Positions 1-8,171 of a stretch of 40,575 nt of DNA are shown here, piece by piece. Origin of the DNA: an uncultured Candidatus Saccharibacteria bacterium (lineage in GTDB: Bacteria; Patescibacteriota; Minisyncoccia; Phycocordibacterales; PALSA-1337). A program made the translations under genes and the position numbers. How positions within the stretch are numbered: position 1 is the stretch's first letter; every line of letters begins with the position of its first letter. Location: the NCBI GenBank assembly GCA_964470105.1, contig CAYXZI010000006.1, positions 1 through 40,575 on the forward strand. Reading direction: 5' to 3'. The notes beneath the pieces are model-generated. The model was not told the origin of the DNA and ran no database searches. It saw only the letters and a program-made list of their open reading frames with translations.

Positions 1-240
1 GGAGCAGGTTTCTTTCTGGGAATTATCTTGCTATTTATAATTATTATGGCAGTAGTCGTCTGTCTAATTACTCTAAAAGGGTATTCATTGTGGACTGCAG
101 CAAGAAGAGGTGATCAAGGATGGTTCATTGCACTACTAATCGTTAATACTTTCGGTATTCTTGAATTATGCTATTTATACTTTGTAGTTGAAAAGTGGAA
201 GAAACCTAGTGCGCCACAGTCAGTGCCTTCACAACAGTAA
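1..240 (+). CDS. Small two-TM membrane protein, 5' end probably outside the window (resembles DUF5652-type small membrane proteins common in CPR genomes)
   Basis: Frame 1 is open from nt 1 (GAGFFLGIILLFIIIM...) into the listed 28..240 ORF. It has two hydrophobic helices around LWTAARRGDQGWF and a TAA stop at 238-240. The family name is from motif memory only. Confidence 0.5.
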   Translation, partial: GAGFFLGIILLFIIIMAVVVCLITLKGYSLWTAARRGDQGWFIALLIVNTFGILELCYLYFVVEKWKKPSAPQSVPSQQ

Positions 241-820
241 AGTTTGACTTAGTGAGTACATCATAGGCTTCCTTTAGAGTACTTCCAGTCGTAGTTACAT
301 CATCTATAATGATTATCTTCTGATTATCAACCGGTACTTTAGTAACCTCAAAAATATCCCTGGTATTCTTTAGTCTCTCTACTCTGTTTTTCATGGTCTG
401 TTTCTCAATATGTTTTGATCTCACTAAGAGAGAATAGTCCTTAGAAAATCTCCTATCCTTATCAAGTTTCAATATAGCATCAATAATTAGTTCACATTGA
501 TTAAAACCCCTCTCTCTTCTTCTGCTACCTGATATTGGTATGGGTATGAGAGTAATTGAATTACCGTATCTAATTAATTCCATATATAGAGCATACGCAG
601 CACATTCTATTGCATGCCTATTTCTTTTGTACTTTATCTGCCATATCATCTCTCTAACTACAGGATCTTTATATGAGAAAATAGAGGTAATGAAGGGGAA
701 TTCAGATTTCTGTGACTTATTTGATGATTCAAATAGCTTGAAAGGGGAAAGAGACCTCAACCTCAATTCAATTTGAGATGGGGGAAATATGAAATCAATT
801 AAGTATTCCAGTATTTTCAT
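206..820 (-). CDS. comFC: ComF-family phosphoribosyltransferase-domain protein (ComFC-like competence protein)
   Basis: It has the RERGFNQCELI motif and the C-terminal PRTase signature IIIIDDVTTTGSTLKEA. ATG 820 (MKILEYL) is preferred over GTG 844 because a TAGAAT -10-like hexamer (minus strand, 834..829) lies 8 nt upstream of it. There is no N-terminal Cys4 zinc finger. The 3' end overlaps the convergent gene by 35 nt. Confidence 0.7.
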   Translation of the reverse strand: MKILEYLIDFIFPPSQIELRLRSLSPFKLFESSNKSQKSEFPFITSIFSYKDPVVREMIWQIKYKRNRHAIECAAYALYMELIRYGNSITLIPIPISGSRRRERGFNQCELIIDAILKLDKDRRFSKDYSLLVRSKHIEKQTMKNRVERLKNTRDIFEVTKVPVDNQKIIIIDDVTTTGSTLKEAYDVLTKSNFTVVKALTVAH

Positions 821-853
821 AGTGTTATATTCTACACTATACACTAAAGCATG

Positions 854-862
854 TGATATAAT
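854..862 (+). promoter_or_regulatory. Extended -10 promoter element TGATATAAT for the pilM operon, only 6 nt from the ATG (leaderless candidate)
   Basis: A literal TGnTATAAT lies at 854..862 and the pilM ATG is at 869. No SD sequence lies between them. Confidence 0.4.
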
Positions 863-868
863 GTAAAA

Positions 869-2029
869 ATGGATTTTCTTAATAAAATATTTTCATCACT
901 CTTCTCAAGCAAAGGTCAAAGTGTTTTGGGTATTGATATTGGTTCTTCGGCTATAAAGATAGTTCAGATTAAGAAAAAAAGAGGAAGAGCAGTACTTGAA
1001 ACATATGGGGAACTTGCTCTAGGTCCGTATGCTGGAGTTGAAGTCGGCAGATCAACAGGTTTACCAAAGGAAAAGATAATAGAAGCTTTAAAAGATATTT
1101 TAAGAGAAGCTAAAACAACTACTCTTTCTTGTGGGGTGGCACTACCTCTTTCGTCTAGTCTAATTACATTCATAACCATACCTCAGGTTCCTGAAAAACA
1201 ATTACAAGAGGTGATCTCTTTGGAGGCACGAAAATATATACCTGTCCCTATGAATGAGGTTATGTTCGACTATTCCGTTATACCTCGTGAAGATAGTTTT
1301 TCATCTGATCCACAAGATGTTGAGGGTGTAAAGACAGAGGATAATGTTCCTGGAAAAGAAGGGGCTCCAGTTGCAAAACAACAGTCACAGGATGTATTGG
1401 TTGTAGCTATACATAATGAATATATAAATAACTACCAAGCAATATCAGCTAGTCTAAACCTAGCACCTTCTTTTTATGAAATAGAGATATTCAGTTCTAT
1501 ACGTGCAGTTGTTGAGCAGGGTATACAGGCTGTAATGGTTGTAGATATGGGGGCACAGTCGACAAAGCTGTATATCATAGAAAGAGGACTACTACGTGCG
1601 TCTCATATTATTAATCGTGGTTCACAAGATATTACGTTGGCAATATCTAAGTCTCTGAGTCTGACCGTAAATGAGGCAGAGAATATGAAGAGATCATACG
1701 GTTTAAAGGGTGGTCCAGAATATAAAGAATTAACTGAGGTTATAACTGTTAATCTAGACTATATATTCTATGAAGCTAATGCCGCTCTATTTAACTATCA
1801 GAAGAAATACATGAAGAATATTAGTAAGGTGATATTAACTGGAGGAGGTGTATTGTTAAAGGGCTTCACTGATTTAGCAAAAGTAAGTTTCCAAACAGAA
1901 GTTGTCTATGCTAATCCATTTTCTAAACTGGAAACTCCAGCATTTCTTAATGAACAATTCCAAACAGCAGGTCCAGAGTTCGCTGTAGCTATTGGCTGTG
2001 CATTACGCAGATTGTCTGAATTGGAATAA
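869..2029 (+). CDS. pilM: Type IV pilus assembly protein PilM (actin-like ATPase fold)
   Basis: The N-terminus VLGIDIGSSAIKIVQIKK and later VVDMGAQSTKLYII and ILTGGGVLLKG are actin/HSP70-like phosphate motifs typical of PilM. It is the first gene of the pil operon. An acidic low-complexity insert (SSDPQDVEGVKTEDNVPGKEG) is present. Confidence 0.85.
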   Translation: MDFLNKIFSSLFSSKGQSVLGIDIGSSAIKIVQIKKKRGRAVLETYGELALGPYAGVEVGRSTGLPKEKIIEALKDILREAKTTTLSCGVALPLSSSLITFITIPQVPEKQLQEVISLEARKYIPVPMNEVMFDYSVIPREDSFSSDPQDVEGVKTEDNVPGKEGAPVAKQQSQDVLVVAIHNEYINNYQAISASLNLAPSFYEIEIFSSIRAVVEQGIQAVMVVDMGAQSTKLYIIERGLLRASHIINRGSQDITLAISKSLSLTVNEAENMKRSYGLKGGPEYKELTEVITVNLDYIFYEANAALFNYQKKYMKNISKVILTGGGVLLKGFTDLAKVSFQTEVVYANPFSKLETPAFLNEQFQTAGPEFAVAIGCALRRLSELE

Positions 2030-2047
2030 TCAACTATAATTATATTG

Positions 2048-2683
2048 ATGGATACTAAATTTCAAACATCGTTCATTCCCAAAAAACCAATTCTAATGGA
2101 TCAGAAGGTTACAAAACACTCTGGTGGTGGAAGTGTGTTTATGTTTATCTCCGTGATTCTTTTCTTAGCTTCAGTAGCTGGAGCAGGATTCACTTTTGTT
2201 TGGAAGGATATACTATTAAAGCAGCAAGGAAATTATAAAATGGAATTAAAGAAGGCTGAGGCGAGATTTGATGTTGATTTAATTTCAAAATTAAAGAAGG
2301 TAAATACAAAGTTGGATTTGAGTAGCAGGTTATTAAAGAAGCATTTAGCAATATCAGAGATTTTTGCAATACTGAACTCATTAACGGCAGATGGTATTCG
2401 TTTTAATAGCTTTGAGTTTACTGCTCCTGAATCAGATAACGATCTATTAAAAATATCACTTAAGGGAGTAGGTAATAGCTTTAGTGCTATAGCATGGCAA
2501 TCCGACGTGTTTGGACAGTCAACTAAGTTTGGAAAGAACAAGGTGGTAAAGAATCCAATTCTAACTGATCTAGTACTTGATGATAAGGGTAATGTTGCTT
2601 TTACATTCACAGCGAGCCTCGATCCATCTGATGTATCATATGAAAAAGTTTTAACAGAGGATACTAGTACTTCAAAACCATAA
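2048..2683 (+). CDS. pilN: PilN-like bitopic pilus alignment protein
   Basis: It has a single N-terminal TM helix (VFMFISVILFLASVAGAGFTFVW), a coiled-coil region, and then a small alpha/beta domain (IRFNSFEFT...LKISLKGVGNSFSAIAWQ). It lies directly after pilM. ATG 2048 is preferred over TTG 2045. Confidence 0.5.
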   Translation: MDTKFQTSFIPKKPILMDQKVTKHSGGGSVFMFISVILFLASVAGAGFTFVWKDILLKQQGNYKMELKKAEARFDVDLISKLKKVNTKLDLSSRLLKKHLAISEIFAILNSLTADGIRFNSFEFTAPESDNDLLKISLKGVGNSFSAIAWQSDVFGQSTKFGKNKVVKNPILTDLVLDDKGNVAFTFTASLDPSDVSYEKVLTEDTSTSKP

Positions 2684-2687
2684 TTAT

Positions 2688-3254
2688 ATGAATAAAAACG
2701 TAACACCTCTCATACTAATAGTGCTAGCAATTGGAATATACTTCACCTTTACGCGTACAAAGATGGAGGAATTAGACTCTGTAAAAGTTGTAAATGCTCA
2801 ATACCAGCAAGCTCTTGATAATTCAGAAAAACTAATCAAGGTTAGAGACTCAGTTCTTGCTACGTATAATAAGATAAGTCCAGATGATCAGGATAGGCTA
2901 GAAAGAATATTACCTGACAATGTAGACAATGTCCGTTTAATTATTGATGTTAATGGTGTTGCATCAAGACATGGTTTAGCTATAAAAAATGTTAAGACAA
3001 TAACAACTAAGGATGCAGTAGAACCACTTAAAACTGCAAATCAAGCTGTTGCTGGATTGAGTACTGCAAATACTTACAATACAGTAACCCTATCTTTTGA
3101 TATTAATAGTAATTATCAGAATTTTATCAACTTCCTTCAGGACTTGGAGGCGAGCTTGCGAGTAATTGAAATATCTAAGATTACTCTGAAGGCAAGTGAT
3201 ACAGGAAATTATGATTACGGTGTTGAAATTAAAACATTCTGGTTAAAACAATAA
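2688..3254 (+). CDS. pilO: PilO-like bitopic pilus alignment protein
   Basis: It has an N-terminal TM helix (LILIVLAIGIYFTF), a coiled coil, and a C-terminal ferredoxin-like segment ending LRVIEISKITLK...GVEIKTFWLKQ. The call rests on its position after the pilN-like gene. Confidence 0.45.
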   Translation: MNKNVTPLILIVLAIGIYFTFTRTKMEELDSVKVVNAQYQQALDNSEKLIKVRDSVLATYNKISPDDQDRLERILPDNVDNVRLIIDVNGVASRHGLAIKNVKTITTKDAVEPLKTANQAVAGLSTANTYNTVTLSFDINSNYQNFINFLQDLEASLRVIEISKITLKASDTGNYDYGVEIKTFWLKQ

Positions 3255-3258
3255 TATT

Positions 3259-3618
3259 ATGCAACAAAAATCACCATCAAAAGGTACATTCATAGCTCTA
3301 ATCGTCATTGCCATGGTAACACTGGGCCTCTACTTCTATTACAAAGGAACTCCATCAGATAGTACATCTTCACTTAGTGTTGTGGGTTCACCAGAATCTG
3401 CGGATGCACAGCTTGCAGCAGATAGAGTTTTGGTTCTTTTGAATACAATTTCATCTCTAAAAATAGATGATTCACTGTTTAAGACAGCAGTGTATAATTC
3501 TTTACGTGACTATACAATCACAATACCTGAACAAGGTGTAGGTAGAGCAAATCCATTCGCACCAATTGGTGGAGCTGCACCATCGTCAATCAAATTACCT
3601 GCAGGTACAGGTCGTTAA
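3259..3618 (+). CDS. Small single-pass membrane protein of the pilus operon (possible minimal PilP-like component)
   Basis: It has a TM helix (FIALIVIAMVTLGLYFYY), a Ser-rich linker and a GRANPFAPI motif reminiscent of the R-D/N-P-F motif of PilP/GspC-type proteins. It is tightly coupled between the pilO-like gene and pilB. Confidence 0.4.
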   Translation: MQQKSPSKGTFIALIVIAMVTLGLYFYYKGTPSDSTSSLSVVGSPESADAQLAADRVLVLLNTISSLKIDDSLFKTAVYNSLRDYTITIPEQGVGRANPFAPIGGAAPSSIKLPAGTGR

Positions 3619-3628
3619 TAATTAATAT

Positions 3629-5347
3629 ATGAGTGTCGTAGATATACTATTCAACAAAAATCTCATAACAAAAGATGATATTGCAGAGATTAAAAAAAGA
3701 ATCTCTAAGGGTGAAGTTCTTGATCAAATTTTAATTGAGAAAGGTATACACCCAGATGACATCCTTGCTGCACATGGTGAATTTCTAAATATCCCAACTA
3801 GAAGTTTAGGTGATGCTACTGTTCCATTTGAGGCTCTAGACTATATTCCTGAGGAATCTGCTTCACATTACAAATTTGTACCTATAGGTTTACAAGATGG
3901 TGCACTAGAGGTTGGTATTGTTGACCCAGATAATATAGAGGCAAGAGATGCTCTTAACTTTATAGCAGCAAAGAATAATGTTCCATATAAGGTATTTTTA
4001 ATAACCCTTGAGGACTATCAAAAGGTGTTAGGTTCATACAAGGGTATTGGTGGTGAAGTATCAAAGGCACTGACTGAACTTGAATCAGTTCTTTCTGTTG
4101 ATAAGGCAGGGACAATAGATTTAAAACAAGATAAAAAAACAGATAAAAAAGCTGATGCTGTAATTATTGAGGATGCGCCTGTGGTTAAGATCGTTGCTAC
4201 TATAGTTAGATATGCAACAGAGGGTAATGCATCCGATGTGCACATTGAACATATGCGCGATAAGGTTCGTGTACGTTTCCGTGTCGATGGAACTCTAAAT
4301 ACTAGTCTAGTACTACCATCACAGGTGCATAATGCAGTAGTGGCTCGTATAAAGGTGTTATGTAATATGAAGCTTGATGAAAAGAGAAAGCCTCAGGACG
4401 GTAGATTCTCTGCAAGAATCGATGGTAGAAAGATAGACTTCCGTGTATCTACATTCCCTGCATATTATGGAGAAAAGGTTGTGATGCGTATTCTAGATCA
4501 GGAAAAGGGTGTAAAGAAGGTTGATGATATGAGTTTAACACCAAAGAATCTAGAACTCATAAAAGAAGCGATTACGAGACCATACGGACTAATACTCATT
4601 ACTGGCCCTACTGGTTCCGGTAAATCTACAACTCTGTATTCCATGTTAAATGAAGTGGATAGAGAGGGTATGAATGTACTCTCCCTAGAAGACCCTATCG
4701 AATACAACATGGATGGTGTAAGTCAGTCACAAGTCCATCCAGAAATCGGATATACCTTTGCTGCAGGTTTGCGTACAACACTTAGACAAGACCCAGACAT
4801 AATCATGGTGGGAGAGATTCGAGACAAGGAAACTGCTCAACTAGCTGTACAAGCAGCTCTAACAGGACACTTGGTGTTCTCAACACTCCACACTAATAGT
4901 TCTGCTGGAGTTATACCGCGTTTGATTGATATGGGTGTGGATCCGTATCTAATTGCGCCAACTTTGATTCTAACAATCGCTCAACGTCTTGTATCTATGC
5001 TACCTCCTAATGCTGGTAAACCAATACCAGTGGAGGGAAGTATAAAAATGATGATTGACAAGCAGTTTTCTGATCTTCCTGAACAGTATAAGAAGGATAT
5101 ACCTATGACAAATACTGTTTATGGTATCGAACCTACACCTGATTGCCCTAAGGGAACAAGAGGAAGAATGGCGGTGTTTGAAGTATTTAAAATGGATAAG
5201 GAAATTGAGAATGTTATTCTCAAGAGTCCAACAGAACTGGAGATCAGTAGACTACTTCGACAGAAGGGTATGTTAACAATGAAAGAGGATGCAATGATAA
5301 AGGCATTCCAGAGACAGATTCCTTTTGAAGAAGTGAATAAGCTGTAG
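3629..5347 (+). CDS. pilB: Type IV pilus extension ATPase PilB (GspE family)
   Basis: It carries Walker A GPTGSGKST, the Asp box LSLEDPIEY, Walker B DPDIIMVGEIRD, the His box TGHLVFSTLHTN and an N-terminal T2SSE_N-like domain. At 572 aa it has a typical PilB length. Only one Cys lies where many PilB proteins carry a tetracysteine motif. Confidence 0.9.
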   Translation: MSVVDILFNKNLITKDDIAEIKKRISKGEVLDQILIEKGIHPDDILAAHGEFLNIPTRSLGDATVPFEALDYIPEESASHYKFVPIGLQDGALEVGIVDPDNIEARDALNFIAAKNNVPYKVFLITLEDYQKVLGSYKGIGGEVSKALTELESVLSVDKAGTIDLKQDKKTDKKADAVIIEDAPVVKIVATIVRYATEGNASDVHIEHMRDKVRVRFRVDGTLNTSLVLPSQVHNAVVARIKVLCNMKLDEKRKPQDGRFSARIDGRKIDFRVSTFPAYYGEKVVMRILDQEKGVKKVDDMSLTPKNLELIKEAITRPYGLILITGPTGSGKSTTLYSMLNEVDREGMNVLSLEDPIEYNMDGVSQSQVHPEIGYTFAAGLRTTLRQDPDIIMVGEIRDKETAQLAVQAALTGHLVFSTLHTNSSAGVIPRLIDMGVDPYLIAPTLILTIAQRLVSMLPPNAGKPIPVEGSIKMMIDKQFSDLPEQYKKDIPMTNTVYGIEPTPDCPKGTRGRMAVFEVFKMDKEIENVILKSPTELEISRLLRQKGMLTMKEDAMIKAFQRQIPFEEVNKL

Positions 5348-5355
5348 TGATACTG

Positions 5356-5364
5356 TGTTATAAT
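5356..5364 (+). promoter_or_regulatory. Possible internal extended -10 element TGTTATAAT upstream of the receiver gene
   Basis: A literal TGnTATAAT lies 17 nt upstream of ATG 5382, in the 34-nt gap after the pilB stop. Confidence 0.25.
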
Positions 5365-5381
5365 TGTGTCATAATATAACC

Positions 5382-5771
5382 ATGAATCCAAAATCAATTC
5401 TTTTTGTAGATGATGATAAATTTCTTCTAGATATGTATGCTTTGAAGTTCTCAAAGAATAACTTTAAAGTGAATACTTGTGCTGGTACTGAAGAAGCTTT
5501 GAAAATGATTAGAGATGGTTTTGAGCCAGATGTACTTTTACTTGATGTAGTAATGCCAGGTATGGATGGTGTTGAACTACTCGCTACACTTAGAAAAGAG
5601 AATTTAATTAAAAAAACTACTGTAATCATGCTTACAAACCAAGGGTTACCTGATGATATATCGAGAGCAAAGAAACTTGGTGTTGATGGGTACATTATTA
5701 AAGCAACAACCATACCTTCAGAAGTCTTAAGTGAAGTGGAGAAGATTTGTGCGGGTGTTGTAAAGAAATAA
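5382..5771 (+). CDS. Stand-alone CheY-like response-regulator receiver domain
   Basis: The acidic pocket FVDDD, phospho-acceptor context LLLDVVMPGMDG, conserved T (IMLTNQ) and K (YIIKA) are all present, and there is no output domain. ATG 5382 is preferred over TTG 5364. Confidence 0.85.
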   Translation: MNPKSILFVDDDKFLLDMYALKFSKNNFKVNTCAGTEEALKMIRDGFEPDVLLLDVVMPGMDGVELLATLRKENLIKKTTVIMLTNQGLPDDISRAKKLGVDGYIIKATTIPSEVLSEVEKICAGVVKK

Positions 5772-5780
5772 AATAAAAAT

Positions 5781-6839
5781 ATGGATTTTAAAAAAGATAT
5801 AGAAGAATTGGTAAGTACGGTACTTAGAGAAGGTGCATCAGATTTACATCTTTCACAGGGACGCGTGCCACATATACGTGTATCTGGAAATTTGATACCA
5901 CTTGCAAAGAAAGCTGTTAGTACTGAGGCTGATATGAAAGGGTATATAAATACCTTTTTAAGTGATGAGAATAAGGAGCTTTTAATGAAGGATAAGGATG
6001 TGGATTTTTCATATAGTTTAACAAATGCACGTTTTCGAGGTAATGCATACTATCATCAGTCTTCACTATCTATCGCACTTAGACTCATTCCTAAACAAAT
6101 TAAAACTCTGGCAGATCTAAATCTTCCCCCTATACTTGAATCTTTCACAAGAAAACAACAAGGATTCTTTCTGTGTGTGGGTCCAATTGGTCAAGGGAAA
6201 AGTACAACTCTAGCAGCTTTGATTGAAATCATTAATCAAACTAGAAGTGAGCATATAATAACCATTGAAGATCCAATAGAGTATATATACGAGTCAAAGA
6301 AATCTATTATCGATCAAAGAGAAGTAAGAATTGATACTCCAGATTTCAAAAATGCTTTGATCGCTATGTTCCGAGAAGATATTGACGTTGCTTTGGTGGG
6401 TGAGATGCGAGATCCAGAGACAATATCTACAGCTGTGACTGCAGCTGAGACAGGACACTTGGTTTTCTCAACTTTACATACTAATAATGCTGCACAGACT
6501 ATAAACCGTATAATAGATTCATTCCCATCTTCTCAACAGGATCAAATTAGAGTTCAACTTGCTGGAAGTATGACAGGTATATTCTCTCAGAGATTAATAC
6601 CACGAATCTCTGGCGGACTCATCCCTGCATATGAATTGCTGATTAATAATGCAGCTGTTGCTAACCTAATTCGAGAAAAGAGAATACATGAAATAAATAC
6701 AGTAATAGAAACAAGTTCAGGTGATGGAATGATAGATATGAATAGATCACTTGCTGAACTCGTAAGAAGGGGAGAAATAACGGCAGAAAGTGCATTTGTG
6801 AACTCATTTAATCCAAAAAATCTTGAACGAATGGTATAA
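5781..6839 (+). CDS. pilT: Type IV pilus retraction ATPase PilT
   Basis: At 352 aa it has a typical PilT length. It carries Walker A GPIGQGKST, ITIEDPIEY, DVALVGEMRD and TGHLVFSTLHTN. Confidence 0.9.
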   Translation: MDFKKDIEELVSTVLREGASDLHLSQGRVPHIRVSGNLIPLAKKAVSTEADMKGYINTFLSDENKELLMKDKDVDFSYSLTNARFRGNAYYHQSSLSIALRLIPKQIKTLADLNLPPILESFTRKQQGFFLCVGPIGQGKSTTLAALIEIINQTRSEHIITIEDPIEYIYESKKSIIDQREVRIDTPDFKNALIAMFREDIDVALVGEMRDPETISTAVTAAETGHLVFSTLHTNNAAQTINRIIDSFPSSQQDQIRVQLAGSMTGIFSQRLIPRISGGLIPAYELLINNAAVANLIREKRIHEINTVIETSSGDGMIDMNRSLAELVRRGEITAESAFVNSFNPKNLERMV

Positions 6840-6851
6840 TACAATCAATAT

Positions 6852-8060
6852 ATGCTTTTTAACTATCAATCAGTAGACCAAACAGGTGCACCAAAGACAG
6901 GATCAATAGATGCTGCAAATGTTGATATAGCAATTGCATCCCTGCAAAGAAGAGGCTTGGTAATCACATCAATTAATGAAGAGGGGAAGAAAGATGGTAT
7001 TCTATCAATGAATATTAACTGGTTTGAAAGAGTGTCTAATAAAGACGTTGTGATCCTTTCTAGACAATTGGCTACACTCTTTGAGGCTCAGGTGTCGGCG
7101 CTACGAATATTCAGACTTCTAGGTGCTGAAGCTGAAAACAAGCTTCTGGGTAGAAACCTGGTTCAGATTTCTGATGATTTACAAGCTGGAAGTACAATTT
7201 CTGCTGCCCTACAAAAACATCCAAAAGTTTTCTCTGAGTTCTACGTAAGTATGGTTAAAGCAGGTGAAGAGTCTGGTAAGTTGAATGAAACTTTCAGCTA
7301 TCTCGCAGATTACCTAGATCGTACATATGAACTTGTTTCAAAGGCAAAGAGTGCCCTTATATATCCAGCTTTCGTTATGATGACTTTTATTACTGTGATG
7401 GTTCTCATGTTTACGATGGTTATACCTAAGATTAGTGCAATTCTTGTTGATTCTGGTCAGGATATACCTGTATATACAAAAGTAGTGTTGGGGATAAGTA
7501 ATTTCCTAGTTAATAATGGTTTTATAATGCTTGCAGTTGTAATTATCGGAGGGTTCTTCCTAGTCAGGTTTATAAGAACACCTGCAGGTTCAGCAATATT
7601 TGATCAATTTAAACTAAGTATTCCATATTTGAGTAATCTATACAGAAAGCTATACTGGGCAAGATTGTCTGACAATATGAATACAATGCTTTCTGCTGGA
7701 ATACCTATGATTAGATCTATAGAACTAACTGCTTCCGTTATTGATAACAGTATATATAAGAAAATTATGGCAGATGCTGTTGAATCAGTTAAAGCGGGAA
7801 AAACTGTATCTGAATCTCTATCAGGAAATGGGGAAATACCAGGAATCATGATTCAAATGATGAGAGTTGGGGAGGAATCAGGAGAATTGGGAAATATATT
7901 GAAGACACTGGCTCGTTTCTATGCTCGTGAGGTAACCACAGCAGTAGATGCTCTGGTAGATCTTATTGAACCATTGATGATTGTTATGCTCGGTCTCGGT
8001 GTAGCAACACTCCTTGCTTCAGTTCTTATCCCTATTTACAACGTTGCAAGCTCACAATAG
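6852..8060 (+). CDS. pilC: Type IV pilus platform protein PilC (GspF family)
   Basis: It is 402 aa with two repeated T2SSF-like halves (SRQLATLFEAQVSALR... and LSDNMNTMLSAGIPMIRS...) and three hydrophobic segments. Confidence 0.9.
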   Translation: MLFNYQSVDQTGAPKTGSIDAANVDIAIASLQRRGLVITSINEEGKKDGILSMNINWFERVSNKDVVILSRQLATLFEAQVSALRIFRLLGAEAENKLLGRNLVQISDDLQAGSTISAALQKHPKVFSEFYVSMVKAGEESGKLNETFSYLADYLDRTYELVSKAKSALIYPAFVMMTFITVMVLMFTMVIPKISAILVDSGQDIPVYTKVVLGISNFLVNNGFIMLAVVIIGGFFLVRFIRTPAGSAIFDQFKLSIPYLSNLYRKLYWARLSDNMNTMLSAGIPMIRSIELTASVIDNSIYKKIMADAVESVKAGKTVSESLSGNGEIPGIMIQMMRVGEESGELGNILKTLARFYAREVTTAVDALVDLIEPLMIVMLGLGVATLLASVLIPIYNVASSQ

Positions 8061-8109
8061 CTAGATTTTACTTATCCACACGGGGTATTTAACCTATTTT
8101 CCTAGGTTT

Positions 8110-8118
8110 TGCTATAAT
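8110..8118 (+). promoter_or_regulatory. Extended -10 promoter TGCTATAAT for pilin paralog 1
   Basis: A literal TGCTATAAT lies in the 111-nt intergenic region after pilC. The identical 9-mer recurs upstream of paralog 2. Confidence 0.45.
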
Positions 8119-8131
8119 TAGCGCCATAAGT

Positions 8132-8142
8132 TTAATTATTAA
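8132..8142. promoter_or_regulatory. 11-bp palindrome TTAATtATTAA in the pilin-1 leader (candidate operator)
   Basis: The inverted repeat TTAAT-N-ATTAA starts exactly 13 nt after the -10 hexamer. The same arrangement is found at pilin 2. Confidence 0.3.
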
Positions 8143-8171
8143 AGTTTATTATTTAGGTTAATTAATTCGTT

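Noticed and set aside
2233-2706. Long antisense or alternative-frame ORFs at 2233..2706, 5369..5713, 9767..10135, 10696..11028, 12049..12291, 12098..12295, 34999..35661, 38438..38842 and 39224..39553.
   Set aside because: All lie inside, and opposite to or out of frame with, genes that carry strong family motifs. Their translations are low-complexity (Ser/Leu/Phe/Ile-rich) with no motifs. Those in the GC-rich radical SAM gene are the usual open antisense frames of higher-GC DNA.
8072-8080. A perfect DnaA-box consensus TTATCCACA lies in the pilC-pilin intergenic region.
   Set aside because: It is a single isolated 9-mer. About 0.3 occurrences are expected by chance on two strands of 40 kb, there is no cluster of boxes, no adjacent AT-rich unwinding element pattern, and no dnaA or dnaN nearby. 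It is not an origin.
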